Assembly: GCF_050271975.1 (NCBI RefSeq)
Contig: NZ_CP189850.1
Location: 2,282,551 to 2,346,550 of the forward strand
Length of the DNA stretch: 64,000 bases
Direction of reading: 5' to 3'
From: Litorimonas sp. WD9-15
GTDB lineage: Bacteria; Pseudomonadota; Alphaproteobacteria; Caulobacterales; Maricaulaceae
Positions 10,204-19,459 of the stretch are shown one piece after another. Both the position numbers and the translations under genes were made by a program. Each line of letters starts with the position of its first letter. Within the stretch, counting starts at the first letter, position 1. Below the pieces are notes generated by a model, which was not told the DNA's origin, ran no database searches, and was given only the letters and a program-made list of their open reading frames with translations.

Positions 10204-11001
10204 TTAATCCTTGCGCGCCGTCCCCCGCCCCTTCGCCAAAGCTTTCACAATGCCACGAAACGTGCGCACCTCCTGCTCACTCATCTTCGCACGGGTTAGC
10301 GGCGCGCGGATATTTTGTTGCATTAAGTTCCGCTTTGTTGCGGGAAAGAAGAATCCCGCATTGTCGAGTTCCTCTTCCAGATGCTCGAATAGGCGCGTCA
10401 GGTCTTCGCGCGGGGCGACCTCGCTGCGCACGCCTTCGAAAATATCCGGCACCTGCACATCTCCCGCCTGCGCCCAGAGAAAGGCAAAGAGGTTCACGGC
10501 TTGGGCGAGGTTCAAGGATTGAAATGCCGGATTGACGGGATAGGTCAGGATGGCATCCGCCATCACGACATCAGCATTGGTCAGGCCCGCTTTTTCAGGA
10601 CCGAACAGCACACCGACCCCTGCCCCGATTTGCGCGCGCATTTCACCGCCGACCACATCAGTCCCAACCACAGGAATTTCGAGTTCACGGCGACGCGCCG
10701 TTGCCGCAAGGACATAGGAGAGATCGGCCACGGCCTCTTCCACCGTCTTGTAGAGTTTCGCATTTTGCAGAACGGGCAGCGCACCCGACGCCATCGCATC
10801 CGCATCCGGATTGGGCCACCCATCGCGCGGCGCAACAAGGCGAAGTTCCGTCAGGCCGAAATTAAGCATACCCCGCGCGCAAGCCCCGATATTCTGACCC
10901 AGTTGCGGCCGCACGAGAATCACGACGGGCGCGGGCGCAGCATCCGGCGTCACAACGCGCCCCAATTGGTCTTTCCGGGCTTTCCCAACTTTGTTGTACA
11001 T
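10204..11001 (-). CDS. SpoU/TrmH-family RNA 2'-O-methyltransferase (TrmJ-like)
   Basis: 265 aa; SPOUT motifs VILVRPQLGQNIGACARGMLNFG and GVLFGPEKAGLTN. Confidence 0.8.
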   Translation of the reverse strand: MYNKVGKARKDQLGRVVTPDAAPAPVVILVRPQLGQNIGACARGMLNFGLTELRLVAPRDGWPNPDADAMASGALPVLQNAKLYKTVEEAVADLSYVLAATARRRELEIPVVGTDVVGGEMRAQIGAGVGVLFGPEKAGLTNADVVMADAILTYPVNPAFQSLNLAQAVNLFAFLWAQAGDVQVPDIFEGVRSEVAPREDLTRLFEHLEEELDNAGFFFPATKRNLMQQNIRAPLTRAKMSEQEVRTFRGIVKALAKGRGTARKD

Positions 11002-11077
11002 ATATTCGGCTTTAAGTTTACAGGGTCGGATGTTATGGGCCGCCCAACAGAATTAACGTCCGTTTAATGAGGAAAAC

Positions 11078-12289
11078 ATGGCTAAAATCAAGGTGACAAA
11101 CCCCGTCGTTGACATGAACGGGGACGAGATGACCCGCATCATCTGGGACATGATCAAGGATCGCCTGATCCATCCCTATCTGGATATCGACCTGCTGGAC
11201 TATGATCTCTCTATCCAATCGCGCGACGCGACTGACGATCAGATCACTGTCGATGCGGCCAATGCGATCAAAAAACATAATGTCGGCATTAAATGCGCAA
11301 CGATCACGCCGGATGAGCAACGCGTCGAAGAATTCGATTTGAAGAAGATGTGGCGCTCTCCGAATGGCACAATCCGTAACATCCTTGGTGGTGTTGTCTT
11401 CCGAGAGCCGATTATCTGTAACAATGTCCCGCGCCTCGTGCCGGGCTGGACACAGCCTATCGTCATTGGCCGTCACGCTTTTGGCGATCAGTACAAAGCG
11501 ACAGACTTCCTCGTCCCCGGCGAAGGTAAGCTGACCATGAAATGGGAAGGCACAAATGGCGAAACTATCGAGCGCGAAGTGTTCGACTTCCCTGAAGCCG
11601 GTGTGGCTATGGGGATGTATAATCTCGACGCCTCGATTCGCGACTTCGCCCGCGCCTGTTTTAATTACGGCACGCAGCGCCGATGGCCGGTCTATCTGTC
11701 GACGAAGAACACTATCCTCAAAAAATATGACGGACGGTTCAAAGATATCTTCCAAGAGGTTTACGATACGGAATTTGCGGAGAAGTTCGAAGAGTTTGGC
11801 GGCGAATACCAACATCGCCTGATCGACGATATGGTCGCGGCGGCGATGAAATGGTCCGGTGGCTATATCTGGGCCTGTAAAAATTATGACGGCGATGTGC
11901 AGTCCGACACCGTCGCGCAAGGGTTCGGGTCGCTCGGCCTGATGACATCCTTCCTGCTGACGCCGGATGGAAAGACGATGGAAGCCGAAGCCGCGCACGG
12001 TACGGTGACACGTCACTATCGTAACCACCAGAAGGGCGAAGCGACCTCGACCAACTCCACCGCATCGATCTTCGCCTGGACACGCGGTCTCGCCCATCGT
12101 GCGAAACTGGATGATAACGAGGCCCTCGCAAAATTTGCGGGCGGGCTGGAATCCACAGTGATTGAAACCATTGAAGGCGGTCAAATGACGAAAGACCTCG
12201 CGCTCCTTGTTGGGGACCAGCAAGGTTGGCTGACGACGGAGGGCTATCTCGAAGCGATTGCCGAGAATTTCGAACGGAAGATGACGTAA
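11078..12289 (+). CDS. icd: NADP-dependent isocitrate dehydrogenase, dimeric (eukaryote-like IDH1) type
   Basis: 403 aa; [23 protein letters not shown]... and [37 protein letters not shown] characteristic of dimeric NADP-IDH. Confidence 0.9.
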   Translation: MAKIKVTNPVVDMNGDEMTRIIWDMIKDRLIHPYLDIDLLDYDLSIQSRDATDDQITVDAANAIKKHNVGIKCATITPDEQRVEEFDLKKMWRSPNGTIRNILGGVVFREPIICNNVPRLVPGWTQPIVIGRHAFGDQYKATDFLVPGEGKLTMKWEGTNGETIEREVFDFPEAGVAMGMYNLDASIRDFARACFNYGTQRRWPVYLSTKNTILKKYDGRFKDIFQEVYDTEFAEKFEEFGGEYQHRLIDDMVAAAMKWSGGYIWACKNYDGDVQSDTVAQGFGSLGLMTSFLLTPDGKTMEAEAAHGTVTRHYRNHQKGEATSTNSTASIFAWTRGLAHRAKLDDNEALAKFAGGLESTVIETIEGGQMTKDLALLVGDQQGWLTTEGYLEAIAENFERKMT

Positions 12290-12310
12290 GTCAGACTGAT
12301 ATTAAAACAG

Positions 12311-12349
12311 AAAAACCCGCCGCGAGACCCTCGCGGCGGGTTTTTATTT
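12311..12349. terminator. bidirectional intrinsic terminator (cccgccgcgag/ctcgcggcggg, A-run before, T-run after)
   Basis: Perfect 11-bp GC stem flanked by AAAAA and TTTTT between the two convergent IDH genes. Confidence 0.8.
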
Positions 12350-12384
12350 GGGAGCGTCGTTACGCCCTCGCTTGTGGAAAGCGC

Positions 12385-14571
12385 CTAACCAATAATCGCA
12401 TTCAACGTTTTTGACGGACGCATTATCGCGGACACTTTTTCCGCATCTGCATGATAATATCCGCCCATATCAGCAGGCTTGCCTTCATCAGCCTTTAGTT
12501 CACTCAATATTCTTTCTTCATTCTCAACGAGTTGCTGACGAATCTTCGCGAAGTGAGCCTTTAGGCCTTCATCCTCATATTGCAGCGAGATGGCTTCCGC
12601 CCAATAGCGCGCGAACCAGTAATGGGAGGAACGGTTATCATTATCGCCGACCTTACGGCCCGGAGAATGGCCTTCTACCAACAGGAACTCCGTCGCCCGT
12701 TCAACGGCCTCACCAAGAATGGCGGCTTTTGGACGGTTCTTTGTCGCGAGGAAGTTGAAGCTTTCGCCGAGTGCGCAGAACTCCCCGAGGCTGTCCCAAC
12801 GCAGATGGTTCTCCTCTTGCAACTGCTCCACATGTTTTGGCGCGGAACCGCCTGCTCCTGTTTCGAACAAGCCACCCCCATTCATGAGTTTAACGATGGA
12901 GAGCATTTTAGCCGATGTGCCAAGCTCAAGAATCGGGAACAAATCCGTCAAGTAATCGCGCAAGACGTTACCCGTAATGGTCACGACATCATGGCCTTTG
13001 GTCATTTCTTCGAGTGTGTAGCTGGTCGCTTCACGCGGGGCGAGAATTGGAATGTCTTTTCCAGCCTCCTCCAAAGCCGGCTTTACATATTTAATGAGTT
13101 CCGCATCATGAGCGCGATTGGCATCCAGCCAGAACGCGGCCAAGCCGGTTGCATCAAAACGCTCAATGCCGAGCTTAATCCAATCGAGGATCGGCGCTTT
13201 TTTGGCTGTACAGGACCGCCAAATATCACCCGCTTCGACTTCATGGCTGATAATCGTTTCACCGTTCTCAAGAACGATCGACATTATCCCGTCAGAGGGT
13301 GCCGTAAAAGTTGTTGGATGGGACCCATATTCTTCGGCCTTTTGCGCCATCAGGCCGACATTGGACACAGCGCCACAGGTCGTGACGTCGAGTTTGCCGT
13401 TTTTCTTAAAGAACTCAACGGTCTCATCATAAACGGGCGCATAGCAATTATCAGGGATGCAGCATTTCGTATTAGCGGGTTCACCGTCCGGTCCCCAACC
13501 AATACCGCCGGCCTTGATAACGGCTGGCATAGACGCATCAATAATGACGTCGGACGAGACGTGAAGGTTGGTAATCCCCTTATCGGAATTGACCATATAG
13601 AGCGGCGGCTTGGCGGCAAGCGCGGCCTTTAAATCCGCTTCCATTTCGGCATTGCCCGCAATTAATTTTTCCAACGTGCCAATGCCTGAATTCGGATTAA
13701 AATCGAGTGCGTCACCATGTTTGGCGAGGAAGTCTTCGAGGTAGACCGAGACAAAATGTCCAAAGATAATCGGGTCAGAGACCTTCATCATCGTAGCCTT
13801 GAGATGGACCGAGAACAGCACGCCCGGCTCCATTGAGGCGACTTCTTCTTTTATGTAGGCGCGCAAGGCTTTCGCGGACATGTATGTGCCGTCAACAATT
13901 GTGCCTTCTTCATAGGACAAGCCGTCTTTCAGAACTGTTTCCTCGCCCGCTTTATTCGTGAAGATAATTTTAGCACCACCCGCTTGCGCGGCTGAAATCG
14001 TGACAGACTTTTCGTTCGCGTAGAAATCATTGCCCGGCATTGAGGCCACAGTCGTCTTATTATCCGCTGTCCACTCACCCATACGGTGCGGGTTCAGCTT
14101 AGCATAGGCCTTGACCGCTTTCGCAGAACGGCGATCAGAATTACCCTCGCGCAAAACGGGGTTCACGGCAGAGCCTTTGATTTTGTCATATTTCGCACGC
14201 ACTGCTTTTTCAGCATCGGATTGTGGGTCCGTTGGATAATCAGGGATCGGATAGCCTTGCGACTGAAGTTCACTAATCGCCTCTTGCAACTGCGGGACTG
14301 ATGCCGAAATATTCGGCAATTTGATGACATTCGCATCCGGAGTTTTTACGAGCCGTCCGAGTTCCGCAAGATCGTCAGAGACCCGCTGATCATTGGAAAG
14401 GAGATCCGGGAACAGCGACAGGATACGTCCTGCGAGTGAGATATCCCGTGTTTCAACCTCAATATCCGCAGCCTTAGCAAAGGCCGTGATGATGGGCAGC
14501 AAGGAATTACGGGCCAGCTCGGGCGCTTCGTCGACGATTGTGTAAATAATATCAGGTGTCGTTTTTGTCAT
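12385..14571 (-). CDS. NADP-dependent isocitrate dehydrogenase, monomeric type (~740 aa)
   Basis: Start at [11 protein letters not shown] (verified codons at 14569-14571 on reverse strand); length and sequence (LLPIITAF..., [13 protein letters not shown]) typical of monomeric IDH. Confidence 0.9.
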   Translation of the reverse strand: MTKTTPDIIYTIVDEAPELARNSLLPIITAFAKAADIEVETRDISLAGRILSLFPDLLSNDQRVSDDLAELGRLVKTPDANVIKLPNISASVPQLQEAISELQSQGYPIPDYPTDPQSDAEKAVRAKYDKIKGSAVNPVLREGNSDRRSAKAVKAYAKLNPHRMGEWTADNKTTVASMPGNDFYANEKSVTISAAQAGGAKIIFTNKAGEETVLKDGLSYEEGTIVDGTYMSAKALRAYIKEEVASMEPGVLFSVHLKATMMKVSDPIIFGHFVSVYLEDFLAKHGDALDFNPNSGIGTLEKLIAGNAEMEADLKAALAAKPPLYMVNSDKGITNLHVSSDVIIDASMPAVIKAGGIGWGPDGEPANTKCCIPDNCYAPVYDETVEFFKKNGKLDVTTCGAVSNVGLMAQKAEEYGSHPTTFTAPSDGIMSIVLENGETIISHEVEAGDIWRSCTAKKAPILDWIKLGIERFDATGLAAFWLDANRAHDAELIKYVKPALEEAGKDIPILAPREATSYTLEEMTKGHDVVTITGNVLRDYLTDLFPILELGTSAKMLSIVKLMNGGGLFETGAGGSAPKHVEQLQEENHLRWDSLGEFCALGESFNFLATKNRPKAAILGEAVERATEFLLVEGHSPGRKVGDNDNRSSHYWFARYWAEAISLQYEDEGLKAHFAKIRQQLVENEERILSELKADEGKPADMGGYYHADAEKVSAIMRPSKTLNAIIG

Positions 14572-14767
14572 ATGTCTCGGTCTTCCAGGCATTTCAAAAG
14601 GATGTCGTTCTTCTTGACCTCTATCCATCCGGAACCCCGGCGGAAGAGATATTCGCTCGCCTTCCTATAGGAATGTTCGGCTTTTTAAAGGTCTATCAAA
14701 TGGCCCACACGATATATTCATCAATGCATATTGTGGTCCCGCTGCCTGATTTGTGTCACAATAAGGT

Positions 14768-15610
14768 ATGACAGATATTTCAAAATGGCTGGGCCCGGAA
14801 AGCTTTGAAGACGCGAAAGTGCGTTACGACACAGAAGGCTATCTCGTTTTCGAGAACGTCCTTTCGCAAGACAAACTCACGGCGATCAAAACGGCCCTCG
14901 CGCCTCATCTTGACACCCCGCTGAAAGGTCGGAATGATTTCGAAGGGACGCGGACAAACCGTGTCTATGCTTTATTGGCCAAGCATCCCATTTTCGCGGA
15001 ACTCGCGACGCATCCCCTGGCCCTCAGCTTTGCGGAGGCCGAGCTCGGCGAGTCGATGTTACTCTCGGCCTGCCTCGCCATTCAATTGCATCGGGATGAA
15101 ACGGTGCAGCCCTGGCATCATGATGATGCGCATATGCTTGCCGCACGTCCTCGCCACGCTTGGGGACTGTCGGCCTTCTGGGCGATTGACGCGACAACGG
15201 TAGAAAATGGGGCGACGCAATTCATTCGCGGGAGTCATGAATGGGGCGACGCCGAAAACCCACTGGACGTCACGGGCGAAGTCTTCGAACGCCATGATCG
15301 AGATTACAGCAGGGATGACGCCAAGTTCGATATTGTGACGCCGGAACTGCCGGCTGGCTCTCTCATGATTGCCAAAAGCACGCTTTGGCATCGCGGCGGC
15401 GCGAACCGGACGGATCAATCTCGAACCATTATCACACCACAATATTGCGTGGGGTGGGCGCGACAATTGGAAAACATGTCGCTTGCCGTACCGCCGGAAA
15501 TTGCAAGTAAGCTCCCAAAACGTGCGCGGGAACTCTTAGGCTATTCCATCCACTCGCCCTTCATGGGCTATGTGGACGGGATGCATCCTGCAAAAAAACT
15601 CAACATATAA
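14768..15610 (+). CDS. phytanoyl-CoA dioxygenase (PhyH) family Fe(II)/2-oxoglutarate oxygenase
   Basis: 280 aa; PhyH-like pattern incl. HHDDAH and ...LWHRGGAN. Confidence 0.75.
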   Translation: MTDISKWLGPESFEDAKVRYDTEGYLVFENVLSQDKLTAIKTALAPHLDTPLKGRNDFEGTRTNRVYALLAKHPIFAELATHPLALSFAEAELGESMLLSACLAIQLHRDETVQPWHHDDAHMLAARPRHAWGLSAFWAIDATTVENGATQFIRGSHEWGDAENPLDVTGEVFERHDRDYSRDDAKFDIVTPELPAGSLMIAKSTLWHRGGANRTDQSRTIITPQYCVGWARQLENMSLAVPPEIASKLPKRARELLGYSIHSPFMGYVDGMHPAKKLNI

Positions 15611-15644
15611 AGACGAAAAAGTCTTTGGTCGCGCCATCATCGTA

Positions 15645-16455
15645 TGAAATCTGTGACCCGTAAAATACTCTCCATTCTTCTCCTCGCCTTTGGATTTCCA
15701 CTCGGTGCATTTGCCGATGATAAAGCTGAGAGTGAGAGCTATATTGATCTGGGCGGTGCCGTTCTGACGCGCCCCGCCTATGTCTGATCTGAGGATTATC
15801 AGACTAACCTCCTGCCCTATATCGGCTTTCAAGACCTTTACGGCTTTGACCTGTCCGGGCTGCGACTGTCCCGAACTGTTTTTGAGGCAGGGACAGGTCA
15901 AGGCCCCGGGACCTGATCCCTTCAGGCCGGCCCAAGTCTGGGTTTCGACTTTGGGCGTGATAGCAATGACGGTCCGACCTTGGAAGGATTAGACGACATA
16001 GACTCGAGTGCGGTTTTGGGTGGATATGTGAAGTCCACAATCGGCATTATCGGATTTGATATGTCAGCGGGACAGGACATCATTGGCGATCACGATGGGT
16101 TCGTCACGGATCTGTCAGTTGGCACGCGCTACCCCGGAAAAGGCTGGTATATATAGCCCATCGCGACGCTCAGTTAGGCGGACGCAAATTATACGCAATC
16201 TATTTACGGTATTACATCGGATCAGGCTGCGGCCTCAAACCTATCCGCATTTGATGTAAAGAGCGGGTTTCACCAAGCTTCCGTCACAGTTTTAGGCGGG
16301 GTGGACATTGATGTAAATTGGAGTTTAACAGGCGTCATATCTTACCGCGAAGCGTTGGGCGATTATCGCGACAGTCCGATTATGACAGCCCCTGACGGTT
16401 CAGCGTCAGGCTTATTTGCAACACTCGGCATCACACGCCGATATAACTTGAACTA
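15645..16455 (+). pseudogene. MipA/OmpV-family outer-membrane protein gene disrupted by several frameshifts
   Basis: Signal peptide ORF MKSVTRKILSILLLAFGFPLGAFADD stops at 15786; MipA-like segments (YIGFQDLYGFDLSGLRL; SLGFDFGRDSNDGPTLEGLDDIDSSAVLGGYV; ALGDYRDSPIMTAPDGSASGLFATLGITRRYNLN*) continue in three other frames. Confidence 0.55.
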
Positions 16456-16507
16456 AAATATAAACACCCCGCCATCTGGCGAGGAGCTTTATTTGATTAG
16501 AACGCAA

Positions 16508-19189
16508 TCAGGCAACGAAATCGTCTATCGTAATATCGCCGTCCATGACATTCGCGATGCGGAGTTGATCTCCATTCCCGAAATCAAGGATGAGGTAGAT
16601 TGAGGCCATGAAAGCGTTATCAATGGCAGTCTGAATCTCAGCTGTCGTATAGCCCGTCGCTTGGAGCTCGTCGATACCATCTTCAAAATCTTGAATAATA
16701 TCGACACCATAGCCGACACCAAAGACGAATAAGTCCCCTCCGGTTCCGCCGTTCAGACGATCATTGCCCGTTCCGCCATCCAAGATGTCGGGCCCTTCAC
16801 CGCCGAATAGACGATCATCATCAGCGCCGCCGAGCAAGATATCAGATCCGTCGCCGCCGAGCAGCGTATCATCGCCAGTGCCGCCAAAGAGTTCGTCATT
16901 GTCGATACCCCCACCGAGCGTATCATTTCCAGCATCCCCATTCAGGATATCTTCACCCTCATTTCCGATCACGCGGTCATTATCATCACCACCATTAATC
17001 GTATCGTTACCCTCGCCACCAAAAAGACGGTCACGACCTGCGCCGCCGGTAATCTCATCATTTCCTAACTCACCATAGATCAGATCATCATCGGCTTCCC
17101 CGAAGAGAAAATCGCCATCGTCACCACCAAAGATGCGATCATCGCCATCACCACCAGTGATGGTATCCGTACCCTCGCCGCCAAATAGACGGTCAAGGCC
17201 AGCTTCACCATTTATGATATCATCGCCGCCTTCGCCGCGGATTGTATCGCCCTGCGCACCACCAAAAATTGTGTCACCGCCAGCGTCACCATCAATATTA
17301 TCCACCCCATCTCCGCCAAGAATGGTGTCTGAACCTTCCCCGCCAAAGATCCGGTCATTCCCGGCACCACCTTCGATATAGTCGTCATCTAGATCACCGA
17401 AAATTGTATCGCGATCCGCACCGCCAAAGATGGAGTCTACCCCATCACCGCCGCGCAGCGTATCACGGCCACCATTTCCATAGAGACGATCAAAGCCTTC
17501 ATCGCCCCGAATAGTATCATTGCCCGTGCCGCCATAAGCATGGTCATCGCCTAAACCCAAGACTATGAAATCGCTCCCACGTCCTCCGAGTGCAACGTCG
17601 TCACTGTCAAATGTTCTGAGTTCATCATTGCCGGCACCACCGACAAGGCGATCACTATCGGCTGTCCCATTAATGACATCATTACCCGTTGTGGCGGGTT
17701 GCGTCTCAAAAGTGACCGTAAAGTTTTCTTCGATCTGCCCACTCGTTAAGGCGGCATTCGCACCATAAAAAGCGCGCATATCAATATCGCCGCCTCCTGC
17801 TTCTCCAATGGCAAACAGGAAATCATCCAAGAACGTAAATAAGGCGAAGGGTTCAGCATCAGTCAAACGCACACGCCCGGATTGAACGGTCCCGTCGGCC
17901 AGTGTTGCGGAGACACCGAGACTCACCAAACCTTGGCCTGTGTTTGTAGCAGAGCGTGATACGAACAAGCCCGTCGAACTAAATGTCGTTGAGAGATCTG
18001 CAGCAACATCCAAAGTGACATTATTAGCCAATGAATCGCGCCGGTTGACGAGTTCCACCGTCGCATCATTCTGCACATCATATCCAAGGTCGCGGAATAC
18101 AGCGAGTTCGATAGCGCCAATTGTTGTGACATCGCCCAAAACAACGCTCGGGTTCATGAGAGCAAACCGTAGATCTGTTTCCTGGCCAAAAGCATCAAAC
18201 CGCCCGAAATGAGACACGTCTGACCCAGCGCTGTTAAAGAGATACTCCGCCAGGACGTCCTCGCCGTAAACATCCAGAACATTATCGCCGCTATAGCGGG
18301 GTACGAGTGTGCCGAACCCTTCAACACCAAAATCAACATTTACACCGTAGGTGGACTCAATGTTTGGTGGATTGCTTGGGTTTGAAGCATTGCCGGAATT
18401 ATCGCGGAATGAGAAAAACCCCAAACCATGCATAATTTCATGAGTGAGAACGGAAACATAATCGATCTGATTTGCACCCGGCATTCTGTTCGCACCCGTT
18501 TCCAAGAATGCACTGGCACTCGTCAGGAAATCGGTATTCACCGTCACAACGATATCAGCGCCTGCCCCATTTGGGTCATTACCCGTGACAAATTCAAGTT
18601 GTGACGCTGTTACAATTTCGGAAAACCCGTTAATCGTTTCACCGCTAAAATAGAGTGCCCCCGCACCTGCGGACGCAACCGTACTCGGCCCTTGCTGGGC
18701 TAAAGTGATGGCAACATCCAATGATGCGCCGGCGGCAGCTTGAATATATTGCGCAATATTATTGAGCGCGGCCTGTGCCAAATCTGTCACCTGTTGAACA
18801 TATTGATCCAGGTCGGAATTGCCGCCTGTCGAGACGGAAATCGTGGACCCGAAGAGATTTGACATAGGCGCGGTCAACCCCGGAATGGCCATGAAATTCG
18901 AGGCATTCCCAAAATTAAAATTGTCAGGGTCGTAATCAGCCCAAGCCGAGTCAGCACCGTAGAGATTATCCATAATCTCATCACCAACATAGCTATAGCC
19001 CGGGGGAAGAATAGCGCCGTCAAAAGGCGAAAAGATCAAAGACGAATATATCGAGACGGGATTAAGTGTGAAAACTGGAGGCTCAAAGGTGAAATCAACT
19101 TCAAATTCGTCCGGCATCTCCAACATGTCGGGTACCCATTCAAGGTCAAATGAGCTGAAGTTTTCGAGTGTTTCAATGCGATATGCCAT
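16508..19189 (-). CDS. large RTX-repeat (hemolysin-type Ca-binding) protein with N-terminal HExxH domain; probable type I secretion substrate
   Basis: Start at MAYRIETLE (RBS aagggg); N-terminal ~470 aa with [19 protein letters not shown]; C-terminal ~40 tandem GGxGxDxUx nonapeptides and acidic C-terminal tail; no signal peptide. Confidence 0.85.
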   Translation of the reverse strand: MAYRIETLENFSSFDLEWVPDMLEMPDEFEVDFTFEPPVFTLNPVSIYSSLIFSPFDGAILPPGYSYVGDEIMDNLYGADSAWADYDPDNFNFGNASNFMAIPGLTAPMSNLFGSTISVSTGGNSDLDQYVQQVTDLAQAALNNIAQYIQAAAGASLDVAITLAQQGPSTVASAGAGALYFSGETINGFSEIVTASQLEFVTGNDPNGAGADIVVTVNTDFLTSASAFLETGANRMPGANQIDYVSVLTHEIMHGLGFFSFRDNSGNASNPSNPPNIESTYGVNVDFGVEGFGTLVPRYSGDNVLDVYGEDVLAEYLFNSAGSDVSHFGRFDAFGQETDLRFALMNPSVVLGDVTTIGAIELAVFRDLGYDVQNDATVELVNRRDSLANNVTLDVAADLSTTFSSTGLFVSRSATNTGQGLVSLGVSATLADGTVQSGRVRLTDAEPFALFTFLDDFLFAIGEAGGGDIDMRAFYGANAALTSGQIEENFTVTFETQPATTGNDVINGTADSDRLVGGAGNDELRTFDSDDVALGGRGSDFIVLGLGDDHAYGGTGNDTIRGDEGFDRLYGNGGRDTLRGGDGVDSIFGGADRDTIFGDLDDDYIEGGAGNDRIFGGEGSDTILGGDGVDNIDGDAGGDTIFGGAQGDTIRGEGGDDIINGEAGLDRLFGGEGTDTITGGDGDDRIFGGDDGDFLFGEADDDLIYGELGNDEITGGAGRDRLFGGEGNDTINGGDDNDRVIGNEGEDILNGDAGNDTLGGGIDNDELFGGTGDDTLLGGDGSDILLGGADDDRLFGGEGPDILDGGTGNDRLNGGTGGDLFVFGVGYGVDIIQDFEDGIDELQATGYTTAEIQTAIDNAFMASIYLILDFGNGDQLRIANVMDGDITIDDFVA

Positions 19190-19404
19190 AGCGTCGCCCC
19201 TTAAATTTAATGATCGTTTTTCTGCATTTTCATACGGGTCAATGATCACTCTTACGCTTTTTAGGCGAATTCGCTAGGGTTTTTCTGGAGTCTAAAAATA
19301 CCAGAGCATAAAGCCCATTGAAAACAGTGAGTTACGACAAAACCCACAGACATTTTTAAATTCAACCTAAGGTTTTTGGTCACATATTTTTACTTAGATA
19401 AAGA

Positions 19405-19450
19405 AAAACCCGCCCCACCGAGTGGTGAAGCGGGTTGAATATTTCAGTAG
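19405..19450 (-). terminator. intrinsic terminator downstream of RTX gene B (aacccgcttcaccactcggtggggcgggttttt on reverse strand)
   Basis: GC-rich hairpin followed by T-run on the minus strand immediately after the 19460 stop. Confidence 0.7.
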
Positions 19451-19459
19451 GAAATTAAA

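Noticed and set aside
11033-12223. 396-aa minus-strand ORF
   Set aside because: Antisense to dimeric icd; no recognisable domain.
12580-13632. 350-aa plus-strand ORF
   Set aside because: Antisense to the monomeric IDH gene.
16764-17381. Pro/Ser-rich plus-strand ORFs (104 aa, 82 aa) inside RTX gene A; likewise 20112..20602 inside gene B
   Set aside because: Low-complexity translations produced by the antisense of the GGxGxD repeat codons; they have no starts with RBS context and overlap real genes.
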